NCBI RefSeq assembly: GCF_963921235.1 | Contig: NC_086109.1 | Span: 26,104,001-26,164,000 of the forward strand | Direction of reading: 5' to 3' | From: Mobula hypostoma | Taxonomy: Eukaryota | Length of the DNA stretch: 60,000 nucleotides | In this document: positions 1 through 13,689 of the stretch, piece by piece | Layout of the letters: every line of letters begins with the position of its first letter | Numbering within the stretch: position 1 is the stretch's first letter | Program-made: the position numbers and the translations under genes | Notes under the pieces: generated by a model | What the model was told of the DNA's origin: nothing | Seen by the model: only the letters and a program-made list of their open reading frames with translations | Databases searched by the model: none

Positions 1-3000
1 AAAATTAGATATACCAGTATTAGTTGAGTAAAGGCAACTAGAGGCATGAGAGAAGAGCTGGCCAAAGTTGATTGGAAGAGCACCTAGCAGGGAATAACGT
101 AGAGCAGCAATGGCTGGGAGTAAATCAAAGATGCCGCAACGGTTCATCCCAAAGAAACAGCATTCTAACGGGAGGTTAAGTCTGCAGAAGGACTTTAAGA
201 CAGATTACGAGAATGAGCAAGTGCCAGAGGGAATAGTGCAAGAAATTGCATGGACATACATTTTGATAGAAGGAATAAAGGCACAGATTATTTTCTAAAT
301 TTGGGAGCAAATTCAGAAACCATGCAAAGATGCAAAGGATCTTGAGTCCTCATGCCAGACACCCTGAAAGTTAAGTCAGTGGTAAGGAATGCAAATGAAA
401 TGTTACCATTCATTCCAAGAGGACATAGAAACATAGAAAATAGGTGCAGAAGTAGACCATTCGGCCCTTCGAGCCTGCACCGCCATTTATTATGATCATG
501 GCTGATCATCCAACTCAGAACCCCGCCCCAGCCTTCCCTCCATACCCCCTGATCCCCATAGCCACAAGGGCCATATCTAACTCCCTCTTAAATATAGCCA
601 ATGAACTGGCCTCAACTGTTTCCTGTGGCAGAGAATTCCACAGATTCACCACTCTCTGTGTGAAGAAGTTTTTCCTAATTTCGGTCCTAAAAGGCTTCCC
701 CTTTATCCTCAAACTGTGACCCCTCGTTCTGGACTTCCCCAACATCGGGAACAATCTTCCTGCATCTAGCCTGTCCAATCCCTTTAGGATTTTATACGTT
801 TCAATCAGATCCCCCCTCAATCTTCTAAATTCCAACGAGTATAAGCCCAGTTCAGCCAGTCTTTCTTCATATGAAAGTCCTGCCATCCCAGGAATCAATC
901 TGGTGAACCTTCTTTGTACTCCCTCTATGGCAAGGATGTCTTTCCTCGGATTAGGGGACTAAAACTGCACACAATACTCCAGGTGTGGTCTCACCAAGGC
1001 CTTGTACAACTGCAGTAGTACCTCCCTGCTCCTGTACTCGAATCCTCTCGCTATAAATGCCAGCATACCATTTGCCTTTTTCACCGCCTGCTGTACCTGC
1101 ATGCCCACTTTCAATGACTGGTGTATAATGACACCCAGGTCTCGTTGCACCTCCCCTTTTCCTAATCGGCCACCATTCAGATAATAATCTGTTTTCCTAT
1201 TTTTGCCACCAAAGTGGATAACTTCACAGTTATCCACATTAAATTGCATCTGCCATGAATTTGCCCACTCACCCAACCTATCCAAGTCACTCTGCATCCT
1301 CTTCTGCATCCTCCTCACAGCTAACACTGCCACCCAGCTTCGTGTCATCCGCAAACTTGGAGATGCTGCATTTAATTCCCGCATCCAAGTCATTAATATA
1401 TATTGTAAACAATTGGGGTCCCAGCACTGAGCCTTGCGGTACCTCACTAGTCACCGCCTGCCATTCTGAAAAGGTCCCGTTTATTCCCACTCTTTGCTTC
1501 CTGTCTGCTAACCAATTCTCCATCCACATCAATACCTTACCCCCGATACTGTGTGCTTTAAGTTTGCACACTAATCTCCTGTGTGGGACCTTGTCAAAAG
1601 CCTTTTGAAAATCCAAATATACCACATCCACTGGTTCTCCCCTATCCACTCTACTAGTTACATCCTCAAAAAATTCTATGAGATTCGTCAGACATGATTT
1701 TCCTTTCACAAATCCATGCTGACTTTGTCCGATGATTTCACCGCTTTCCAAATGTGTTGTTATCACATTTTTGATAACTGACTCCAGCAGTTTCCCCACC
1801 ACCGACGTTAGGCTAACCGGTCTATAATTCCCCGGTTTCTCTCTCCCTCCTTTTTTAAAAAGTGGGGTTACATTAGCCACCCTTCAATCCTCAGGAACTA
1901 GTCCAGAATCTAACGAGTTTTGAAAAATTATCACTAATGCATCCACTATTTCTTGGGCTACTTCCTTAAGCACTCTGGGATGCAGACCATCTGGCCCTGG
2001 GGATTTATCTGCCTTCAATCTCTTCAATTTACCTAACACCACTTCCCTACTAACATGTATTTCGCTCAGTTCCTCCATCTCACTGGACCCTCTGTCCCCT
2101 ACTATTTCTGGAAGATTATTTATGTCCTCCTTAGTGAAGACAGAACCAAAGTAATTATTCAATTGGTCTGCCATGTCCTTGCTCCCCATAATCAATTCAC
2201 CTGTTTCTGTCTGTAGGGGACCTACATTTGTCTTTACCAGTCTTTTCCTTTTTACATATCTATAAAAGCTTTTACAGTCAGTTTTTATGTTCCCTGCCAG
2301 TTTTCTCTCATAATCTTTTTTCCCCTTCCTAATTAAGCCCTTTGTCCTCCTCTGCTGAACTCTGAATTTCTCCCAGTCCTCAGGTGAGCCACTTTCTCTG
2401 GCTAATTTGTATGCTTCTTCTTTGGAATTGATACTATCCCTAATTTCTCTTGTCAGCCACGGGTGCACTACCTTCCTTGATCTATTCTTTTGCCAAACTG
2501 GGATGAACAATTGTTGTAGTTCATCCATGCAACCTTTAAATGCTTGCCATTGCATATCCACCGTCAATCCTTTAAGTGTCATTTGCCAGTCTATCTTAGC
2601 TAATTCACGTCTCATACCTTCAAAGTTACCCCTCTAAGTTCAGAACCTCTGTTTCTGAATTAACTATGTCACTCTCCATCTTAATGAAGAATTCCACCAT
2701 ATTATGGTCACTCTTCCCCAAGGGGCCTCTCACGACAAGATTGCTAATTAACCCTTCCTCATTGCTCAAAACCCAGTCCAGAATAGCCTGCTCTCTAGTT
2801 GGTTCCTCGACATGTTGGTTCAAAAAACCATCCCGCATACATTCCAAGAAATCCTCTTCCTCAGCACCTTTACCAATTTGGTTCACCCAATCTACATGTA
2901 GATTGAAGTCACCCATTATAACTGCTGTTCCTTTATTGCACACATTTCTAATTTCCTGTTTAATACCATATCCGACCTCACTACTACTGTTAGGTGGCCT

Positions 3001-3722
3001 GTACACAACTCCCACCAGCGTTTTCTGCCCCTTAGTGTTACGCAGCTCTACCCATATTGATTCCACATCTTCCCGGCTTATGTCCTTCCTTTCTATTGCG
3101 TTAATCTCCTCTTTAACCAGCAACGCCACATAAAAGCAACAAATACATAAAAGCACTGAGGTTTTGTAAGCACTGGTGAGGCCTCACTCTGAGTACTGTG
3201 AGCAGTTTTGAACCCCTTATCTAAGAAAAGATGTGCCAGCATTGCAGAGGGCCGAGAGACGGCTCAAGAATTATTCTGGAAATTAAAGGGTTAATGTTTG
3301 AGAGCATTTGATGGCTTGGGCCCATACATGTTGAAGTTTAGCAGAATGGAGGTGGGCATCTCATTGAAAGGCCTCAATAGAGTGGATGTAGAGAGGATGT
3401 TTTCTAGAGTGGAGGAATCTAGGACCAGAGGGCACAGCCTCAAAATAGAAGGGTGTCCCTTAAGAACAGATGAGGAAGAATTTCTTTTGCCTGAGGATGG
3501 TGAATCTGTGGAATTCATTGACAGCCTGCTGTGGAAGCCAAGTTATTGGGTATATTTAAAGCAGAGGTTAATAGGTTCTTGTTTAGTCATGGAATCAAGG
3601 GTTACAGGAAGCAGGCAGGAGGCAGGAGGAAAAGGTTGAGAGGGCAAATTAAATCAGCCATGATGGAATAGCAGAGCAGACCCAATGGGCCAAATAGCCT
3701 AATTCTGCTCCTATGTCTTATT
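1..3722 (+). mobile_element. Old degenerate CR1 LINE fragment (1-422 and 3129-3722), split by a younger CR1
   Basis: Degenerate RT C-terminal coding sequence (ANxMLxFIxRG before the insertion, LVRPHxEYCEQF after it) and a cctatgtctta 3' end. Confidence 0.75.
423..3128 (-). mobile_element. Young 5'-truncated CR1 LINE, copy A (partial endonuclease plus RT, frameshifted)
   Basis: ORF pieces carry GDFN and SDH endonuclease motifs and RT motifs ([22 protein letters not shown]). The (TTTCTATG)n 3' tail is at 423-440. Confidence 0.95.
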
Positions 3723-4229
3723 AGGTAAATGTGGAATGAAATGCTACATTTAAGAATATCACCCATTTCATGAATTTTTCTGGTAGGACAATGTGACCCA
3801 AAATAGGAACAGCAGCAATGGTTAATTTTGCAAAAAATCAAATTACTTCAAACTGGTTCTAATAGGAAAAGTAGTTATGTAGGTTAACTGGGGAAACTAC
3901 AAAGGAATTATATAGGTAGCAGTCAAAGAAATATTACAATTCTGTAAGTCAATGCAAAACCCATGGCAGTTGAATCACAGATTGGCTATTTACTGTAAAG
4001 CTGTTTACAATTTCCTGCTATACTTCCCACATTATAAATCAGATTTTTATCTTAAGAGCATTCATGACAGTGAATATCTTTTTGGCTTCAGAATGCTTTT
4101 GAGAAGCTATGAAAAATACATCTTACTTTTGCTTCGGGCATTTCCCATAGAGAGGGTGAAGCAACGAGGGGAAGAGAAAGCTACTGATTTAAGCACAGAG
4201 CCAAACCAATGATGCAAAGAAAAAGGAAA

Positions 4230-6305
4230 ACTCGAGGACCAGTATCCTTGTGGGCAGATTTCTGAGACAGTGACCACAACTCCCTAGCCTTTACCATAGC
4301 CTTGGACAGGGGTGGGAGCAGACAGAATGGAAAAGTATTTAATTGTTGAGGGAGAATATGATGCTATTAGGCAAGAAGCGCAAATTGTGAACTGATGTAC
4401 TCAAAGGCACAACAGAAATGTGGAGATGTTTAAGGAGCACTTGCTGAGGATTCTGGGCTAGTTTGTCCCTTTCAAGCAGTGAATGGATGGTATGGTGAAG
4501 GAACCATGATTGACAAGAGATGTTTAACATCTAGTCAAAAGAAAGGAGGCAGCATACTTAAAGATCTAGGAAACAAGGATCAGACAGGGCTCTGGAGAGT
4601 TACAAGGTAGCCAGGAAGGAACTTAAGAAGGGACTTATGAGAATTAAAAGGCCTTGGCGAGCAGGATCAAGGAAAACCCTATGCTGTGAAGAACAGGAGG
4701 ATGATTAGAGTGAGGGTAGAACCAGCTAACATCTGCCTGGAGTCAGAGAAAGCAAGGAAGGCCCTTAATAAATACTTTCATTCGGCATTCACCTTGATGA
4801 ATCTGAGGACAGTGTAGAATAAGTCAATGTGCTGGAACATCTTGAGGTTAAGAAAGAGGCAATGCTAGAACTTTTGAAAAACATTGGAATAGACAAACAC
4901 ATCAGCCCAGATGTGATTTACCCCAGGTTACTACAGGATGGCAGAGAAGAAATTGCTACTCTTTGGTGATGATCTTTGCATCCTCACTGGCCACAGGAGT
5001 AGTACCAGAAGATTGGAGGGTGGCAAATGGCATTCCTCTGTTCAAGATACCAGATATAATCCTGGGATTTACTAACCACTGTCTTATATCAATGATGGGT
5101 AAAATACTGGAGAGGATTCTTAGAGACACAATATACATTGTAGAAGCATAGTCTGATTAGGGATAGTCAGCGTAACTGAATGGCAGTTCATGCCTCAACA
5201 GCCTGACTGAATTCTTTGAAGTGACAGAACAAAATGATCAAGGTGGAGCAATAGATATTGGTATATGAATTTTATTAAGACATTCAACAATGTTTCTCAC
5301 AGTAGGCTCATTCAGAAAATCAGGAGGCACGAGATCCAGGGAAACTTGGCTACATGGATTCAGAATTGGCTTGCTCACCAAAGGCAGAGGACAGTAGTAG
5401 ATGGAGTGCATTTTGGAAGTCAGAGACCAATCGTGTTCTACAAAGATCCGTTCTGAGACCCCAGTTCTGTGATTTTTATAAATTAATTTGATAAGGCAGT
5501 GCAAGGATGGGTTCGTAAGTTTGCAGATGACAGAATTTGGTGTTGTGGATAGTGTAGGTTGCCTTAGGACAACAGGACATTCATAGGATGCAGAACTGGG
5601 CTGAGAAGCAGGTAGAGTTCAATTTGGACAAGCGCTAACTGATACACTTTGGAAGGTAGAGCTTTAAGGCAGAGTGCAAAGTTAACGGCAGAATTCTTAA
5701 GTGTGGAGGAACAGAGTGATTTTGGGTTTTGCAGGCACAGATCCTTCAAATTTGCTGCACAAGTTCATATGGTGCTCAAGAAGACATCATTAATCAGGAG
5801 ATTGAGTTCAGGAGTTATATATATAATAAAACTCTGCATAGAACGCACTTGAATAGTATGTTCAGTTTTGGTTACCTCATTAGAGGAAGGATGTGGAAAC
5901 TTCAGAGCGTTGAGGAGAATTAAAAAGCACGTTTATGAGGAATGGTTGAGCGAGCTAGGGTATTTTTCTTTGGAGTGAAGGAGAATGAGGAGACTTGATA
6001 GTAGTGTAAATGATAAGAGGCATTGATAGAGTGGACAGCCAGCGCCTTTTTCCCCCAGGGCAGAAATGGTATCGGTTGAAGGTTACTGGAGGAAAGTATT
6101 GGGGGAGGGGGAAGTCAGGTGGGTGCATGGAACAGGTTGCTAAGGGTGGTGCTAGAGGCAGATACATCAGGGATATTCAAGATACTTTTAGATGAAAGCA
6201 AAATGGATGGCGAGGTGAGAGGGAAGCAATAGATTGATTTTGAAGTAGATTGAAAAGTGAGCACAAGACTTTGGATAAAGGGCCTGCATTGTTCTATGTT
6301 CTATG
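4230..6305 (+). mobile_element. Old degenerate CR1 LINE (RT region to 3' end)
   Basis: Peptide remnants IFASSLATGVVPEDWRVAN, WIQNWL and IRGIDRVDSQRLFP. Tail gttctatgttctatg near 6291-6305. Confidence 0.85.
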
Positions 6306-6731
6306 AGTGTGGCTTTTAACAGTTATTTCAAGAGCACAAAAGACAGCAAAAAGAGAAAGCATTTGTCTGCAACTTGCTTTAAACCATAGGACAATTTAGA
6401 CAATGAATTAGGCTGTGTCAACATGAATCTTAGGTATATTCTAAGGAAAAGACAGACAACACCTCGGTTTACGCTAATAGAAGGAAGTGAACACCGAGAC
6501 TGCTTTCATTGGCAAAGGTGGAGTCTTAAAATGTTTAGAATGTTTACAAAGCAGATTATGCAATTTTTAAATGTTGATTTTTTAGATAATAGGGAAAAAT
6601 AATTCCTTCCTTTGGGCTTCAGTGAAAACCTAACCTCAAAGAAAGACTTACTGAAGCATTTAACTGACTTTCAGCATTAACTATGAGAATCACACGCTCA
6701 AACTGTAAATGCTAAAACAACTAAATATTTA

Positions 6732-7140
<409 letters not shown>

Positions 7141-7366
7141 AGTATTTGTTAGGATCATATTGTAGACTAGTTATACACTTGAATGAGATGAAGCAAAACA
7201 GACAGTTCGAGAAAGTCTGACTACTATTGATCATGATTAAACAATGTTAACAAATGCAGAGGACTAGGCAGGTAAATATTTCAAGAGGAATTTGGAAAAA
7301 TCTGCATGGAACATTAAAGTAGGTTTGAAAAATATTTGATGTTTGAACATAAGATTTTGTCTTTCA

Positions 7367-7477
<111 letters not shown>

Positions 7478-7625
7478 CTACAGCAAGGAAAATAAACATT
7501 TGCATTAATGGCAACATTTCTCTGCATTGTTGTTAATCCACAAAATTGCCCAAAGATATTTTCTACAATGATTTAAAGAAATGCACCACAATATATAAAA
7601 TTGATGCATCTTAAGAATAAAATTA

Positions 7626-7799
<174 letters not shown>

Positions 7800-8039
7800 T
7801 TACTCTAAATAGCAATTCAATTACAGTGAATTTCTTCTGCTATTTACAATAGGAATTAGCAGGCCCTTAAGCTCCTGGCATCTATTTCTGCCAATGTGAT
7901 CACCTTCAAGTAAACCACTTTTCCCTACATATCCTTGAAGATATTTGGTTATTAAATTCATCAAGTTGAGAACTGATGCAACACCCGTTGCCAGTTATAG
8001 AAGTTCTAGATGTCTAAAACTCAAAGCAAAGGATAGCAA

Positions 8040-8200
8040 AGCAATGCAGTAGCTCCAATGACCTGGCTCTCACCTCATCTCACTCTGTAACTGGCACATT
8101 CTCACTGAATGTTGTTGATTTTTCCCCAGGTACTCCTGTTTACATGGTCATCCCAAAGATATGCTGGTTGGAAATTAGATTACTGTAAATTACCCTTTAC
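8040..8200 (+). mobile_element. Degenerate V-SINE (HE1-like) fragment
   Basis: Core resembling ttttccccaggtactcctgttt...catcccaaaga followed by tgtaaattaccc. Confidence 0.5.
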
Positions 8201-9225
8201 TTGGGGAGTGGGAGTATGAGAATGCGGATGAAGTTGAAAGGTACAGGAAAGAACTGGTCACAGGGAAGTGGGAAAATATGACTAACAGTATTCTGTTGAG
8301 AACCAGCATGCACTTGGTGTATGTCATAAGAATGAATTGTACAAGTAATATTTATCATCAGTCCTTAAAATTAAAAAATTGGAATTGGACATACGATCTT
8401 CCTGTTGCAGCACAGGATGCAGCCATTTGCCCCTTCAGTCCATGATAAGTCACTAAAAAAAAATGTTTGGTCCTGTTCTCCACTCAATTTGTCATATGCC
8501 ATCCAATTCCCTTTTGAAAGCATAGACTATATGCTCGTGTTCAACGTAATCTTCATTGTGCATAAAAGGCCATCCTACATTCCCCTGTACCTTCTGTTCT
8601 TCACTTTAAATGTATCCTATAGCCCTTCAACCATATGCTTTAACAAATTCAAACTAGTCATCTTTTCCAGACCCTCCCCTAACCCTTTTTGTGTTCTAGG
8701 AGAAAGGTTCCTTCCCTCGAACCTCCTCTTAGGTCTCGTCTGCGCCCTCTAGAACTTTGATAATTGGATTTTAGAAACCAGCTGTACATTCAGCCATGTC
8801 TTATTTAACTTCACACAAGCTTCCTACTTTTGTTCCTTTAAATACATGCCATGAAGCTAATATGGCACATCTTCCAAAATTAATGCTTTCAGCTATACTA
8901 TTTACATACCCTTCCTAACTACAGTGTATAGTATAGCTTATTAGAAGCACACCAACAGCACGATGAACAAGACCGCAAAGATAGGGTGGAAAAGATGGAC
9001 TTTTCAATGAAGTAGATAATCGAGATAGCCAATTATTGTTTTAAAAGATTTAAACAAACATCAAAAGATTCTTTACAGTATAGATCAGCAAAATAATTAT
9101 TCACCATTCTAATTATGCTATGCAATCAGACACAACTCGAAATACAACTTAAATTTCAAGGCACATCCATGTCAAAAATCTCAGTTATAACAGCTTAGTG
9201 CACGTTGCCATAAATGGGAACTAAC

Positions 9226-9708
9226 CATGGTCTCCGGAACTGGATACAGAACCTTCCCTACTTCCATTTTGCTTGGTTGAATTTGCATCCAGTAGATTTC
9301 GATCATCTGGGTTCAAATTACAGGTTACAGATTCAAACATTCCAGTTATTAAAGGTTTACAGGTTTCTGAGTAGTTATTCTGATTGCTTTCTTTTTGTCC
9401 ATTTTCCAAAAGTCCATTCAACATGTCATAAGCACAAGGGAAGAAGTTGCCATCTTTACAAGACTCGTTTTGTTTACATTCATTTGTATTTTGATTAATA
9501 TCTTCTGTATTTTCTTCTGTTCCATTCACTTGATCTGAAAGTGGTCCAACTTCTACATGTCCATTACAATTTATTGATTCAATCCTGATTTTCTCAGTAT
9601 TTACATCTTCTACAGGTTCTTTTGCTTTTTTTGGTGGCTCATTTCCATCTAGAAATTCATGAACAGAAATGTTTAAATATTTTCTGGTTTTCTGGTTTCT
9701 AAGTAATT
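9226..9708 (-). CDS. SRPK1: SRPK exon 11: divergent spacer insert domain. The 5' boundary is either 9708 or 9648.
   Basis: Open frame that includes ORF 9221..9529. Phase 1 at both ends, gttagt donor, two in-frame AG acceptors. Confidence 0.8.
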
Positions 9709-9978
9709 CTGCAACAAGATAAAGAGAATATTAATTTTTAGCCATAAGGTGATTAAAACAAATCAGTCCTTGGTATTCTGGCCTATAATCAGTTATAAAG
9801 ACAGCCATTTAAAATGAAAAGTTGAATAGGTATTATACCTTTTCAGCTAAGTGGAGAGAAAAGAATGGACCATAAATCAGTGAAATGGATAAATACTAGT
9901 GATCTAACATAAAATGAACTTCAACACAATTCAAATTACTGTATTAACTTTAAAGGCACAACAACCAAGTCAAGGTCA

Positions 9979-10332
<354 letters not shown>

Positions 10333-11161
10333 CTACATAAACACAATATTCCAATTAGCATGAAATGCACGAGCCCTTAATTCAAGAACAATAATATGGC
10401 ATCATTTGCAGGAGCATTATAATACACAATTTAAATCTATAAAGTGACATCTTCCAAATTCAAAGCTCTCTTTCAATTGCTGTATACTGAAACTTTCTAA
10501 ACCTACTGTTACAATTATATTACAACCAGCACTCCAGTCAAAAATAGAATTAACTAAGATTTCTCAACGATCATTTATTTACAGTATGGGTAGTTTGTCT
10601 CTTACGTCCAGTGAACTATTAAAGACTAGTCAACCAAAGCTGTCCGAGGGGTTTGAAGAAAACCTCATCTTTTAAGAGCTAGGAAACTGTAAATCACTGA
10701 TGCTGAGCATAGAATCAGTAAAAGATCATTTCAATTGTAATGTGCATTAGAGAGCAGTCTAAACTGTTTTTAAATCGTTGAAAGAGGCATCTTGTCATCA
10801 AGATTTATATTTTTTTGTACTATGTGGAGATACCCTCAAATTTAGCATCAATGCATGCTTCAAGATTTGGCTGAGTTTTCTTTGGAAGTCAGTGTCAAGT
10901 CAATATTATCGTGATGCTGCATGATCAAAAAGTTACAAACAAGTCAAACAAACTTTTCAATTCAGGTCATGTTTCAACTTGTGCTTGCTTTTCTTTATGA
11001 AAAAAAATCTGCTGACATCTCAGAAGCTCTATTTTGTACATTATTTCAAAATTGGGGAATTTAACACTCATAATGATGAACTAAGAAACAAATCACGATA
11101 CTTTTTCTCAAAATCCCCATGTCATCATTTAACAGGATTTCAATAAAGTTTAAATACTTAC

Positions 11162-11187
11162 AGGTTTTGGTTGTGGTGCAGTACTCA
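11162..11187 (-). CDS. SRPK1: SRPK exon 9 micro-exon: VSTAPQPKP
   Basis: 26 nt with a T-rich cgtag acceptor and gtaagt donor. The peptide matches SRPK1 as recalled. Confidence 0.95.
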
Positions 11188-12083
11188 CTACGAAAAAAAA
11201 AACAACAGTCATATATACAAAGAATGATATTGTGAACTGCAAATTAACAAGTCAAATTCTGAATTAACATCCTACCAACAGTACAGGAATGAAGTCAAAC
11301 ACTTCCCTGAAGTTAAATTGTGGTCTGATCCATGAGCTTTTCTCTTCCCACATCAAAACTAAAGCCAATTTCCCTTGGCCAGTGTGGTTTTATCAGAAGG
11401 GATAAGCCATGAACATAGCATGGACAGAATTGCATGCCGTATTAGTCTGGAGACATGCTCAGGCTAGATGCAGAGAGCTAAAACAGATGATCCTCCAGAC
11501 TCAAAGCCTAGAAGTGCAGTGCCACTGTAGCAATTGGATCTCATTCAGCACATTGCCGCGGATCTCCAAATAATGCCAGAACAGAGACTGAAACTTACAT
11601 AACTGAGAGCAGACAAATGTCAGTGGTTCTGAAGCTTGCTCAATTCAGTCTTACTTCCATAGAAGGATCAGAGGGCAGGGTTTTGTATTTTAAAGTTATT
11701 GTCATGAACCTTGTAACTATTCTATATTGTTAAATTTGTACATTAGTCATGCAATCAATGCTGGTCACCAGAAAATAGAAAAGCATATTCAGGAGAAAAA
11801 TTATAGAATAAAGTAGTTTTATACGTCTCAATTTATAAAATTAGAAATACAAAGGGGAAAAGTACTGCAGGGATGTATGTACAGGAAAGAACAAAACCTA
11901 GTTAGACCCCTCCAGCATAAAGCAAAAGCAGATTTGACGGGTCATTGGGCCCCTTTCCATGCAGTTATCGTTATGATACTTGATCAACCTGATGATCACA
12001 GTACAATTTTCCAAAAAAAAAACACCAGGAAAATGAAAGAATCAAAATCTCTAATGATTACCACAAGCAGCTTAGTGTCTTCA

Positions 12084-12290
<207 letters not shown>

Positions 12291-13042
12291 CTATTTGAAA
12301 TAGAGGGCATTAAAGCTTGCATATTAGCAACACAATTTCACAAGTAAATGCTGTGTCCATATTTGAAGTATGGAATTTTGATAGTTACAAAGCATAGCAT
12401 TTTTGGTGGTTACATCTTAGCTTAAGTCTACATTTTTATTTTAAGATGTGGATTTCTAACAAATACCCGTTCCTAAAGTTTACAGCTCATTAAATTCATA
12501 AATTTAGATTACCTGCACAAGGTAACAATAGGTAAAAGCCATTTTCATGACAGGAATAGGATTCTTCATTTGAAGTTGACTAAATTTTCTATCTCATATT
12601 ATTGTGCATTCACCCATCTTAACTTTATCAATTATAAAACTGGCCCATTTTCCTCCCTCAATAGAATTTGTAGAAATATAACATGCACACCAGAAGATTC
12701 TATTAGACAAGCACCCATGTATAAATAGCATTAAAGAAAACACGTGAAATCAATGTTTCAGCATCTAAATTAGAACCATCTTAACTAAGTTCATGTGTGG
12801 ATTTTTTAGTGTGCAAAACACAGTAGCCAGGATTAGTCACACTTTCAGAACAAAACACAGCCAGGTCCAATGGGCTTCATTTAAAAATACAGTACGAGTA
12901 GCTAATTCTATATAGCTCTATGCGGTAATCAGAAAACACAAAAAATGACCAGCTTACACATTTCCTACAAAGAAATGTACACTCAGTTACTGTTTCACTT
13001 TACTTAATATTAACTTAATTACAGTAGATTTCCCAAATATTA

Positions 13043-13258
<216 letters not shown>

Positions 13259-13689
13259 TTATTTTCTCTGTTCAGTTCACATCCATCTCCTAATCATATT
13301 TTCTCCAGTCAGATCAGTTAATAAGCCTTCATCATCCTGTCTCAGCCAACGCCACCACGGCATGCAGACTGACTTCCACCCATTACAGAAATTCTTTTTC
13401 CTTTCTTTACATTAAGTTTGATTTTCAACTTCCTTATTTTATGATGCCATTAACCTGAAATATTAATGTATATCCACAGATGCTGCCCAACCTGAGTGTT
13501 TCCAGCATTGTCTTTCAGATTTCCAACATTCTCTTTCTTGCTTTTGTATCTTCTCATGCAAGCTACAAGCATTAAGCAATGTGCAATTTCTAACACAGTA
13601 AATCTATAGTAGTACAATTAATAGGCACCTAAAGATCACAATGCATTGTTATTTCCAACAGATTGTTTTTCTTACCCTTCTTGATTTTG

